From contig JAHPZH010000001.1 in NCBI GenBank assembly GCA_019058315.1, forward strand, positions 913,432 to 977,431: 64,000 nt of DNA. The letters are read 5' to 3'. Under the pieces are notes generated by a model. It had not been told where the DNA came from and did no database searches. It was given only the letters and a program-made list of their open reading frames with translations. Position numbers and translations under genes: made by a program. How positions within the stretch are numbered: the first letter of the stretch is position 1; the number at the start of each line of letters is the position of its first letter. Source of the DNA: Candidatus Helarchaeota archaeon. GTDB taxonomy: Archaea > Asgardarchaeota > Lokiarchaeia > Helarchaeales > RDOG01. Below are positions 9,639-18,652 of this stretch, piece after piece.

Positions 9639-12600
9639 CTAAACAGCATCAATTGATTTTTTAATTGGAAAAAATTGTCGAATTTCTTCCGAAGTATATT
9701 TTTTTTCCAATTTAATCCTTTTATAAGATTTTGAAATTAGTTCTTTCTTTCTATTTGAGCCATATTCATAATAAACCTGCCTAACATCAATTGAATTATT
9801 CCAGGCGTTAATAAATTGATTTAAATAATTTCCTCTAAAATTCACATCATTAATGAGAAGTAATTGGAACAGACTTGAGCTATTCTCGCCAAGAATCAGT
9901 ATAGTATAATGGTCATAAATAGTATATATGATGTTAGATTGATAAGGGGGTAGTGAAAAACGAAGTTGATAAACAGGATAGAGATCTAAAGCTCTTTTAA
10001 TATCATTATATGTTATAGCACTTAAAAAAGTCGGTTGAAATGATGCGATAACTCGCGATTGAATCTTTTTATTCTTAATAGCTTCCATCACATCTCTGCT
10101 AAATGATAACACCATGTGTGCAAAAGCTTCTTTTCCTTTAGATTGTTTTATAAAGTCTTTTGAAGCTGCAAGAAACATATAAAATTCTTGATGTGTATTA
10201 TCCAATAGACATTTCAAAATATGTCTTAGATATTTTGCATCATAAATTCGCATCTCGCCTCGTTCTGGTAAAGTCATTTGGAATTCAAGCTGGTCAAATG
10301 AACTTAAAATCTCTTTTTTAAAAGTTGGATCCCCGGCTGACAACCAAATCAATCTAATATCTAATGCTTTGTCCCAAGCATCTTGAAATGTCTTTTCATA
10401 TTTCTTTACTAATAAATTTTCTGATATTATAATTATTTTTAATTGATTTGATTCTAAGAACTCATGAATTATTAGAGTTTTATTATCAATAATTATAAAA
10501 TTAGAATGCGCTAAATCAATCTGTCTGAATTGAAACATAGGAAATAAAGATATCAAAGTTTTTAATTGAAGTTTTGTTTGGGATTCGTCCTTAATCTGAC
10601 TTATTACTGGTTTTGAGGAGTTTCTTAAAATTTTTACAGTAATATTATCTTTGACCTTATTCGTGAATACTTCAAAATAGCTACTATACAACTCTCTTTG
10701 ATGAACTGTTTCAAAAGCCTCATGCCTGCCATCTCTAGAAATAAAAAAAGGATTTGCAACTATTAAAATTTCTTTCTTGGCTTTTCTAAGTAAATTCAGA
10801 ACTATCTCAATTACATCCCTTTTTCCTTGCATTACTATGGGTCTAGTTCCAATATTATAAATAGGGGGATTCTTTATCAAAGATTGTTTTGCTGTTTTTT
10901 CCAATTCTTTATCAATGTCATATTGCATTATTGTATTCCTAAAATCGGTACTTTGTCCAAATTTTTTATTAAATTGAGTTTTAATTTCTGAGATACTCAC
11001 TGGATTTCTTATTATTAAGGCATTATAAGATGAAATGGTCTTTCGATCTGTCATAATTTGGAATGATAGAGAATCATCAATTATTATTGCTCTATTTAAT
11101 ATGGTATTTTCAGTTTGAACTCTAAATTCTAATTTCCCTTGAGACATTAATTTAATTAAATCAATGAAAATCTTATCCAATTTATTAACTAACCAGGAAT
11201 TGATTCCTAAAAGTAATTTAACCTTTAAATCCTTTTTATTTAATACATCAATTAAATCACTGAAAAAATTTCTAAAATAATCTTCTACAACCTGAAGTCT
11301 TTCAATATCCCCCCTAAAATCTAATATAATTTCATGATTTGCAAGTCTCAAATAATCTTTAAAAATTTCTACTATATTTTTTCCAAGATGTATAATTTCA
11401 TAATCACTTTTATTTTCATGCACGATTGGATAATTATTTAATGATTCTTCGATCTCCTGTGCTAATTGTTCCTTTAATTTTTTATTACGGGTTAATCGAA
11501 TCCGAAAATCTTCCGCTATTTTCCAACTTTTATAAAATTCAGTCTCGTATAAATTTACTGTTTGTTCATCTTGGATTAGCATAAAATCTAGACTGTTTTG
11601 AAAGGCGTGAATTGTATATTTAGAATCAATTATAATTGTGAATGTATTTAATAACCTTGAAGTGGTCTTAACTTCAATATGTGGTATTTTTTTTAAAACT
11701 TGTCTAATTATTTCCGGATCTAAATCTTCTATCTTTCCTGCAATTAGAACTTTTATTTGGACTTCAGACCTATCTAAATAGCTTAAAATTTTTTCAATAA
11801 TAATTTGAACTCTTTTATTTATCGAATCTGTTTTTCCTTTATAAAAGGGATGAATTATTAGAATCTCTTTATTAGCAAATTCTATATAATTCTGTAATTT
11901 TGAGACTCCACTGAATTTTTGAACTTCTTCCTTATCAATCGAAGGTTTTGTATGAAAATATTGTATGACTTCTTGCATAAACCTCTTTTTGTCCAGCCAT
12001 TTTTTCTTTTGAAAATCTTTCTCAATTTTAAATAATGTCACTAAATCATTTGGTTCATAACTATTTCTCCGACCTATCTTTTTTAATTTAATAAAATCTC
12101 TATTCACTAATAATTTCAAATTATAACGAACATTATTTTCGCCAATTTTGTCAGTAATCTCTTTAATAGTCATCGAAATTGGAACAATTTTCCCATTTTT
12201 CTGAGAAAATAATGTATAAATAATTGAAATACTTTCATCATTCAAACCTAATAGACTTTCTGAATCCTTAAGGATTCCTTTAACTTGTTTTACGTTTGAT
12301 TTTTGATCTAGAAGAATTTTTATTTCTTTAATTTTTTTATCGAATTCCTTTTGTTCATTTAGATATGAATCCTGTCCCTCTTGGATAATTTCCGCCATTC
12401 TGGAATCATTATAGCGATAGACGAATGGTTTTGTCGTCGTTTTAGTTTTAGACGAATGGTTTTGTCCTTTTAATGACGGTTTTGTCTTATTAATAACTTG
12501 TAAAAAACCGGCTTTCGTTAAATCACTAACTAATTCCCGATAAAATGATTTATTGGATTTAAAATTTTTCTTAATTTCCTTAAAAGTAAGGTTATTACCC

Positions 12601-12698
12601 ATAATATTTTCTTTTCGATATGATTCAATGAAAAATTTTAGCAAATTTGCTTGATTTGTAGTCAGTCCAAATACTTTTAATTTTGAAATATCTTCCAT
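9639..12698 (-). CDS. TrmB-like regulator: 2 wHTH + 4 PLD-like effector domains
   Basis: FGLTTNQANLL; VRYNLKLLVNRDFI; four repeats ending FYKSWKIAEDFR, FNKKFGQSTDFR, FQDAWDKALDIR, FINAWNNSIDVR. Confidence 0.7.
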   Translation of the reverse strand: MEDISKLKVFGLTTNQANLLKFFIESYRKENIMGNNLTFKEIKKNFKSNKSFYRELVSDLTKAGFLQVINKTKPSLKGQNHSSKTKTTTKPFVYRYNDSRMAEIIQEGQDSYLNEQKEFDKKIKEIKILLDQKSNVKQVKGILKDSESLLGLNDESISIIYTLFSQKNGKIVPISMTIKEITDKIGENNVRYNLKLLVNRDFIKLKKIGRRNSYEPNDLVTLFKIEKDFQKKKWLDKKRFMQEVIQYFHTKPSIDKEEVQKFSGVSKLQNYIEFANKEILIIHPFYKGKTDSINKRVQIIIEKILSYLDRSEVQIKVLIAGKIEDLDPEIIRQVLKKIPHIEVKTTSRLLNTFTIIIDSKYTIHAFQNSLDFMLIQDEQTVNLYETEFYKSWKIAEDFRIRLTRNKKLKEQLAQEIEESLNNYPIVHENKSDYEIIHLGKNIVEIFKDYLRLANHEIILDFRGDIERLQVVEDYFRNFFSDLIDVLNKKDLKVKLLLGINSWLVNKLDKIFIDLIKLMSQGKLEFRVQTENTILNRAIIIDDSLSFQIMTDRKTISSYNALIIRNPVSISEIKTQFNKKFGQSTDFRNTIMQYDIDKELEKTAKQSLIKNPPIYNIGTRPIVMQGKRDVIEIVLNLLRKAKKEILIVANPFFISRDGRHEAFETVHQRELYSSYFEVFTNKVKDNITVKILRNSSKPVISQIKDESQTKLQLKTLISLFPMFQFRQIDLAHSNFIIIDNKTLIIHEFLESNQLKIIIISENLLVKKYEKTFQDAWDKALDIRLIWLSAGDPTFKKEILSSFDQLEFQMTLPERGEMRIYDAKYLRHILKCLLDNTHQEFYMFLAASKDFIKQSKGKEAFAHMVLSFSRDVMEAIKNKKIQSRVIASFQPTFLSAITYNDIKRALDLYPVYQLRFSLPPYQSNIIYTIYDHYTILILGENSSSLFQLLLINDVNFRGNYLNQFINAWNNSIDVRQVYYEYGSNRKKELISKSYKRIKLEKKYTSEEIRQFFPIKKSIDAV

Positions 12699-12903
12699 TG
12701 AGAAAAACCTTTATTAATTATTATTCTTATAAAAGTTTATTCGTCTACTTTTACACTTAAATAAGAATTAATAATCTTTATAATTATTAAAAAGTTTCTT
12801 CTATAGTATTGACAACTTTTATATTTTAGATCTGATAAAATTAAACTACGAGTTTCATGATTATTGATTGAGATACTCCGTGCCTACAAATAATGAAGAA
12901 GTG

Positions 12904-12930
12904 GAGGGCAGGGAGGGACCAATCCTATAA
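12904..12930. promoter_or_regulatory. Second copy of G-rich GAGGG-n-GGGACCA motif
   Basis: gagggcagggagggaccaatcctataa upstream of the 1019-aa paralogue, followed by a T-tract. Confidence 0.35.
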
Positions 12931-13128
12931 TTTTTTTTTATAAATATTCTGCATTTTTTTTAATTTATTTCATTTTTTATTTATGTAATTAATTAAAAGA
13001 ATTATTAAATTCATTTTACGATTAATTATTATAGTAAACCTCATTTTATCTGGATTAGTTAAATTATAAGATTTAAATTTCAAATTAACAATATTTCTTG
13101 TAATATTTGTTAATTCAAGGCATATACA

Positions 13129-13509
13129 ATGGTTAAATTATCAAATAACAAGTTAATAAAATATGGCAATAGACATATTGAATTAAGAAAATACCCTGGA
13201 GCAATTAGACTTTTTTATAGGGTTTTAAAGAATAATCCAAGAGATAAAATTAAAATCCAAGCTTATCTTGGACTTGGAGATGCTCTCAGAGCGGAGTATG
13301 AAATAGAATTAGCTGAGGAAATATTTAAGAAAGCGTTAAATCTAGCAGAGATTATCGAAGATACTAAAATGATTAAATTTATTGAGGATAAGATCGAAAA
13401 TATTTATGTTTTTAAAAAAGAACAGGAGTTAAATCCAATACAAATAGGATTTTTTATGAGAGCAATAATGAAATTATTATCCTTTCTAGGGAAAACAGAT
13501 TGGTTTTAA
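13129..13509 (+). CDS. Small TPR-like protein
   Basis: AYLGLGDAL...AEEIFKKALNLA TPR consensus. Confidence 0.65.
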   Translation: MVKLSNNKLIKYGNRHIELRKYPGAIRLFYRVLKNNPRDKIKIQAYLGLGDALRAEYEIELAEEIFKKALNLAEIIEDTKMIKFIEDKIENIYVFKKEQELNPIQIGFFMRAIMKLLSFLGKTDWF

Positions 13510-13571
13510 TGTGATATATAAAATTTCATATTTACACTAGGCAATCTCTAAAATAAAATGGAAGAAATATA

Positions 13572-15530
13572 TTGACCTTTAATAAAATATTAATGCTAAA
13601 GCCACAAGGAGCTGCAGGCCTAGGTATTATAGTAGGTGCTTTAATACCCCATGCATGTGAGTATCTTGCTGGTGCCATTGAAGATATGGTTGAAAGAGTC
13701 GAAATATTAGACAGGGATTTTCATCATTTTTCAAATAAATATTATCTTGGCTTTCTTAAGAAATTAAAACCGGATTGTATTGGAATTTCAATGGAAGCAA
13801 CGGAGCATAATGATGGAATTCGGCTTGCCAAACTTTCTAAACAGTTCAATCCCGAAGTTAAAATTGTTGTCGGGGGATTTCAACCAACTGCATTACCTGA
13901 ATTGTTTTTAAATGAAAATTGTATTGATATTGTTGTAAGAGGGGAGGGAGAAGAAACTTTTCAAGAAATTATAAAGAAAGAGAATGCTAAAAATATATTG
14001 GGAAGTTCATATAAAGAGAATGGTGCAATAATCCATAATGAAGATAGACCCCTTATCGAAAACCTCGATAAGCTACCATTTCCTGCACGTCACCTACGAA
14101 GATATGAGTATCATTTTTCATGGGCATTAGATAAAGAGGCGGATCAAGTATCTTGGGGTAGGGGATGCTATGGTAAATGTACTTTCTGTAATGAACCAAG
14201 AATGAGTAGAAGTACAATTCGACACCGATCTCCTAAAAATGTTATTGATGAACTATATAGCATTGTAGAACTTCATAAAAAACCCACTCATATAATGATA
14301 GCTGATCCTAATGTAATGGGGAGAAAAGAATCTGATATAAAATGGATCGAAGAAATTGTGGATCAAATCATTGAACTTCAAAAAGAAAAAAGAATAAACC
14401 TTACATTTAATGCAATGGTTAGATGTGATGTGGTCGCAAGTCATCCTAATACAATGAAAAAAATGATACAGGCTAAAATATCTCGTTTTTGTATGGGAAT
14501 AGAATCCGATAATCCTGAGGATTTCAAAAAAACGCATAAAGGGACTCTAAGTGGGGATATTCAAAGAAAAGCAATACAAACAATTCGTAAATATGGAGGG
14601 GTAGCAGGTGGGACTTTTGTTATTGGACTTCCTTGGCATAAAAAGGAAGAAATGATCGCATTTCCAAGATATGCTAAATCGATTGCCCTAATGTACTCCG
14701 CCTACGGAATAGCCACTCCTTTTCCGGGTAGTGATTTTTATGACGAATTGAAAAGTAAGAACTTAATATACGAGAAAAACTGGAGCTTTTTCGATGAAAT
14801 GCATGGAACTTTCAATATAGATGGTATAAAAAAAGGCGAAATGGAGATAATTAACGCTATATGTCTCGGGAGATTCTATACACCTGATACTTTATTGGAT
14901 CAATTAAAAATTGAAAGGATTCGAATTAATAAAAAGAAAATCCATATATTAGATTTCATTTCATCACGAATAAATGGTATGTTTTTTATGTCTCATGGTG
15001 GTTTAGGCTTGAGGGGGAGAGAATTTAAGAGGGATGCCAAATATTTCTTTGAAGGTCAAGCATTAGACGGAAAAATAATCAGGAATAGAACGAGTAAATC
15101 AATAAGAAAAGGAGGAGTGAAAGCGAGTGATATTCTTGAAATGAAAAATTTTTTAAGATTTATGGGTAATCAAAAAATCCAAATAACTCTTAATAATTAC
15201 GGCAGACCGCTTACGAGTTATATATTAAAATCTAATAACTATGAATTAGAATATATCGAAGTAGTGCCAGGTATGTTAAGAGATAATATTACAAGTCAAT
15301 TTAATGTTGACTTAAACGATTTGGAAATAAATCATCCATGGCAAATTCCTGGATTTTTTTATCGAGGACTCATTAAACCTTATTATAATTTTCACCAAAG
15401 TCCAATTGAAACTATAAAGAGATTTTTTTATCAAACTCGAATGTTTTTAGCTACTGCGTATTTAGGTATTGAGCTAGTATTAAGGAAATTTTATAATTTT
15501 TTAAAGCAAATTTTTCCAAGAAAGAAATGA
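13572..15530 (+). CDS. Cobalamin-binding (class B-like) radical SAM protein
   Basis: N-terminal B12-binding Rossmann (IVVGG, VVRGEGE), CYGKCTFC cluster motif, GIES, TPFPGS. Confidence 0.9.
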   Translation: MTFNKILMLKPQGAAGLGIIVGALIPHACEYLAGAIEDMVERVEILDRDFHHFSNKYYLGFLKKLKPDCIGISMEATEHNDGIRLAKLSKQFNPEVKIVVGGFQPTALPELFLNENCIDIVVRGEGEETFQEIIKKENAKNILGSSYKENGAIIHNEDRPLIENLDKLPFPARHLRRYEYHFSWALDKEADQVSWGRGCYGKCTFCNEPRMSRSTIRHRSPKNVIDELYSIVELHKKPTHIMIADPNVMGRKESDIKWIEEIVDQIIELQKEKRINLTFNAMVRCDVVASHPNTMKKMIQAKISRFCMGIESDNPEDFKKTHKGTLSGDIQRKAIQTIRKYGGVAGGTFVIGLPWHKKEEMIAFPRYAKSIALMYSAYGIATPFPGSDFYDELKSKNLIYEKNWSFFDEMHGTFNIDGIKKGEMEIINAICLGRFYTPDTLLDQLKIERIRINKKKIHILDFISSRINGMFFMSHGGLGLRGREFKRDAKYFFEGQALDGKIIRNRTSKSIRKGGVKASDILEMKNFLRFMGNQKIQITLNNYGRPLTSYILKSNNYELEYIEVVPGMLRDNITSQFNVDLNDLEINHPWQIPGFFYRGLIKPYYNFHQSPIETIKRFFYQTRMFLATAYLGIELVLRKFYNFLKQIFPRKK

Positions 15531-15805
15531 GGAAAATAAATACGAATTGGGTGAAAAATTAGGGCATTTAGAGAGCGGAGATAGATCTACATATTATAAT
15601 TTATTCCATGGCATTTCAAGGACCCTAAATTTTAGACAATTACTGAAAGGTGATAAATCTATCTCTTCTAGCATGTTCATTTCAATTTAAGTAATTGGAT
15701 TAAAAAGATGATAATTTTTAATTTACGAGAATAAATTTTAGAAATATTGATATATTTGTTTTAAAATATTTAATCTAGATAAGATTTATTTCTTATTTTT
15801 TTATT

Positions 15806-16042
15806 ATGTATCTTGGGTATGAGAAATTGTTTGAGGAATTCGAGAAAAGAAAATACCATATTAACCGACCACCTCCCACTGATATGTCTGACTTTATTTT
15901 AATAGAAAAGAAAGAAGTGGATGACTTTAGATGTGGGGAGTGCGATGGGATAATGTATTTATCTATATACTATTGTTCTTCTCCCAGTAGATATATTAAG
16001 CATTTTAAATGTTCAAAATGCGATTTAGAAACTTGGAGATAA
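15806..16042 (+). CDS. Small zinc-ribbon protein
   Basis: CGEC...CSKC pair. Confidence 0.6.
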   Translation: MYLGYEKLFEEFEKRKYHINRPPPTDMSDFILIEKKEVDDFRCGECDGIMYLSIYYCSSPSRYIKHFKCSKCDLETWR

Positions 16043-16269
16043 ACTTTTTAATCAAACTTACATTTGATTTTTGATAGAAATTGTTATATTTGATTATAAA
16101 CACAAAACTCTAAAATTTTATATTATCAATTATCTAATTTAATTAGAAATATTTTAATAAAAAGAAGTTATTAGAGATTAAAGAATTTATACTACTTTTT
16201 TTTATTAAACAAAGATGTAGTTATAAAAAAATATTATCATTCTAGATTTAAAATTATCGAGGTAGAAGA

Positions 16270-16776
16270 ATGAAATTAGTCGAATTAGCGAAGAAAGCAA
16301 TAAGCCTACTTCAAGAAGCTGGTGATAAAGGTTTCAACAACATTGACCTAGCTCAAAAACTTCATATGCCTAGAAGAAGAGTATATGATATTATTGCTAT
16401 TCTAAGGGCTGCAGGATTAGTTGAAGCCAAAAGAGAAAAGGGTGGCACAAGAATAAAATGGAGCGGTATACCTGTTGTTAGTGAGGTTAAGCCAGACTCA
16501 AGTGTAAGCCCCGATCTAATGGATAAATTAAATAAAGTTACTCAAGAAAAGAACGAATTAGAGTCGCAATTAGATGAATTGAAAGATAAAGTATCGAAAT
16601 TAAAAGAAGAACAAGAAACCTCTACCATGGAAGTTAGTACTAGCAAGACGAAATTCGAGGTTCAAAAAATCAGCATAAAAACATTAAAATCCGCAAAAAT
16701 TACTAAAGTTCAGACATCACCTATTGAAATCGTTCTAGAAGCAGATAAAAAGGGATTTGTTATAGAACCTGGATAG
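16270..16776 (+). CDS. E2F/DP-family winged-helix DNA-binding protein with coiled coil
   Basis: RRRVYDIIAILRAAGLVE...IKWSG matches the E2F/DP signature RRxYD...GLI...I.W.G; heptad coiled coil and beta-rich tail follow; GAGGT SD. Confidence 0.8.
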   Translation: MKLVELAKKAISLLQEAGDKGFNNIDLAQKLHMPRRRVYDIIAILRAAGLVEAKREKGGTRIKWSGIPVVSEVKPDSSVSPDLMDKLNKVTQEKNELESQLDELKDKVSKLKEEQETSTMEVSTSKTKFEVQKISIKTLKSAKITKVQTSPIEIVLEADKKGFVIEPG

Positions 16777-16806
16777 ACTTATTTAATTGTATACTTGAGA
16801 TTTTTT

Positions 16807-17193
16807 CTATTCACGATCAATAATAATTGTAGTTCCAGCTTTCGCTTTTGATTTTAATAGGTCTAGATTTTCAGTAATTTTACCTATTACATTTACTTCT
16901 GAGTAGGGCTCAATCTTTTCTAAAAAGATGCAAATGCCATCTCCCAATGGCCAATAAGCGATTTCGCCTTCCTCAATGTCCATGGTCGGTTTTTCCCGCC
17001 CCCTCTTAATGCCTATACCTTGAATATATATTTCTTTTTCTTTGTATATGCTCATTCTGTCTTGAATAGGTAAGATATCCCAAATGGCTTCAGCAGTTAA
17101 AGGATTTTTTACTCTTTGAAAAATTCCCTTGACTGTTTCAGATTCTCCTGGAATCTTAATTATTATTTTATAAACTACACTCAACTTAATCAA
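16807..17193 (-). CDS. Cyclophilin-like fold protein (TM1367/DUF369-like)
   Basis: NPLTAEAIWDILP, GEIAYWPLGDGICIF, VNVIGKI. Confidence 0.75.
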   Translation of the reverse strand: MIKLSVVYKIIIKIPGESETVKGIFQRVKNPLTAEAIWDILPIQDRMSIYKEKEIYIQGIGIKRGREKPTMDIEEGEIAYWPLGDGICIFLEKIEPYSEVNVIGKITENLDLLKSKAKAGTTIIIDRE

Positions 17194-17204
17194 CTTCCAT
17201 AAAT

Positions 17205-17402
17205 TTATCCTTTTAGGAATCGATATTGGACCAAACGATCCATAACTTCAACAATTTTTCGTTCAATTTTATTCTTTTCAATTTCATAGTCATCTTCAGA
17301 AATCTCATTTCTAGATTTTATATTTTCTAATTTTTCCATTTCGTTTATTAATTTCTGTTTCTCCTTCTCCATTCTTTTGATTTCGCCTTCTATTGATACC
17401 AT
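17205..17402 (-). CDS. Small coiled-coil protein with SHOCT-like motif
   Basis: LENIKSRNEISEDDYEIEKNKI resembles L...G.I(S/T)EEEY...K. Confidence 0.6.
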   Translation of the reverse strand: MVSIEGEIKRMEKEKQKLINEMEKLENIKSRNEISEDDYEIEKNKIERKIVEVMDRLVQYRFLKG

Positions 17403-17480
17403 GAGATTTCTTCCAATTTCAATATATTATATGATATCATAACTATCTATTTTAATTTAAAATTATGAATTATCAAAATA

Positions 17481-17500
17481 TTTAAACTTTCGCGCACGAA
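17481..17500 (+). promoter_or_regulatory. TATA-like box (TTTAAA) immediately followed by E2F-consensus site TTTCGCGC
   Basis: tttaaac-tttcgcgc-acgaa in the divergent spacer 17403-17550; ttcgcgcacgaa is also an imperfect palindrome. Confidence 0.45.
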
Positions 17501-17550
17501 TGTAATATAACCAAAAAAAATTTAAAATCTTTGATTTCGGAGTTGAAAAT

Positions 17551-17913
17551 TTGGAAAAAGAGGACGAAAAAGTCCTAATACAGTTTATTTATAAAGACAA
17601 TACCAAGAAATCTCTATTAATTCCACCTGATCATGCAAAAGAACTCGAGATTCTAGCAATTACTGGAGTACCAAGAAGAATCATAAAGGCAATTTTACGA
17701 ATCGGAAAAATATTTTTAGATCGCAAAGGTGAAGTAAATAAAAATGATGTCCTTTCACCCTCGAGGAGTGGAGATCTTTACAATGCCTTAAATTATCTAA
17801 TTAAAGAGAAAATAATCGAAAAAAATAAAGATAGAAAGACTTTAAAAGTTATTGATTTAGATAAACTCAATTCTTTACTATCTGAATTAAAAGATTTAGT
17901 ACGAGAAAAATGA
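17551..17913 (+). CDS. Hypothetical protein with C-terminal winged helix
   Basis: GGAG SD + TTG; SGDLYNALNYLIKEKIIEK...LKV wHTH pattern. Confidence 0.55.
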   Translation: MEKEDEKVLIQFIYKDNTKKSLLIPPDHAKELEILAITGVPRRIIKAILRIGKIFLDRKGEVNKNDVLSPSRSGDLYNALNYLIKEKIIEKNKDRKTLKVIDLDKLNSLLSELKDLVREK

Positions 17914-18075
17914 TCATTCTCATTTTATAATTTTTAGAATAAAATACTGGTTTTTAATTCATATAATTAGAAATTAAAATATACAAACGGATTCTTTGGA
18001 TATTATCCACATATTCTCTACCAAAATAAAGTCTTGATAATCAACTAAAATTAAATTACATATGAGGAAGCAAAA

Positions 18076-18216
18076 ATGGATGAATATTATCATGACTTAA
18101 AAAAAGCAATAGCTGCATTGGAAAAATACATGGCATCGTTGGAGAAAGATGAATATAATTATTTGTATTCTTCTTTAGAACGTATATCTGATATACAAAA
18201 AAATTTTCGCTTTTAA
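18076..18216 (+). CDS. 46-aa helical microprotein (not in ORF track)
   Basis: GAGG SD, ATG; MDEYYHDLKKAIAALEKYMASLEKDEYNYLYSSLERISDIQKNFRF with amphipathic periodicity. Confidence 0.45.
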   Translation: MDEYYHDLKKAIAALEKYMASLEKDEYNYLYSSLERISDIQKNFRF

Positions 18217-18321
18217 ATCATTTTTTTAGTTTTATTAAAGCCAGATTTGGTATAATTATTCCGAATTCTATTGAATTTATTTAAAAAATAAAGAAAAGTT
18301 AGAAATAGTGCTATTTTTGTT

Positions 18322-18492
18322 TTATACAATTACCCAATCTGCAAATAATGTTCCGCAATTAGGGCATTTATTTGATTTCCAAAATGATTTACAGCTATTA
18401 CATAGGGGAAATCCTGCTTTACATTTCTTACAAACTGCTGTCGCATGAACGAAACTGGAACCACATTTTGCGCATTTTCCGCTAATTTTCAT
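18322..18492 (-). CDS. 56-aa double zinc-finger / C4C4 RING-like microprotein (not in ORF track)
   Basis: GGAG SD; MKISGKCAKCGSSFVHATAVCKKCKAGFPLCNSCKSFWKSNKCPNCGTLFADWVIV has four CxxC. Confidence 0.8.
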   Translation of the reverse strand: MKISGKCAKCGSSFVHATAVCKKCKAGFPLCNSCKSFWKSNKCPNCGTLFADWVIV

Positions 18493-18652
18493 CTACTCCG
18501 TATATTCGATTTATTTTTTTTTAAGATATTAATATAATCTAACGGTTTAAGAAAAATGTATTTTATTATATTTAAATTAAATTATTAAAGTAGGAAATAT
18601 TGAATGATTAGTCATAAAATAAGTTCATATATTTTATAGTGAATGTGATGAA

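Noticed and set aside
5119-12698. TrmB-like giants as active PLD nucleases or a defence system
   Set aside because: No repeat keeps HxKxxxxD and no helicase, ATPase or methylase is adjacent
12868-12930. 20-codon ORF (LRYSVPTNNEEVEGREGPIL) over the G-rich motif
   Set aside because: The related motif at 7027 does not keep the reading frame, favouring a DNA/RNA element
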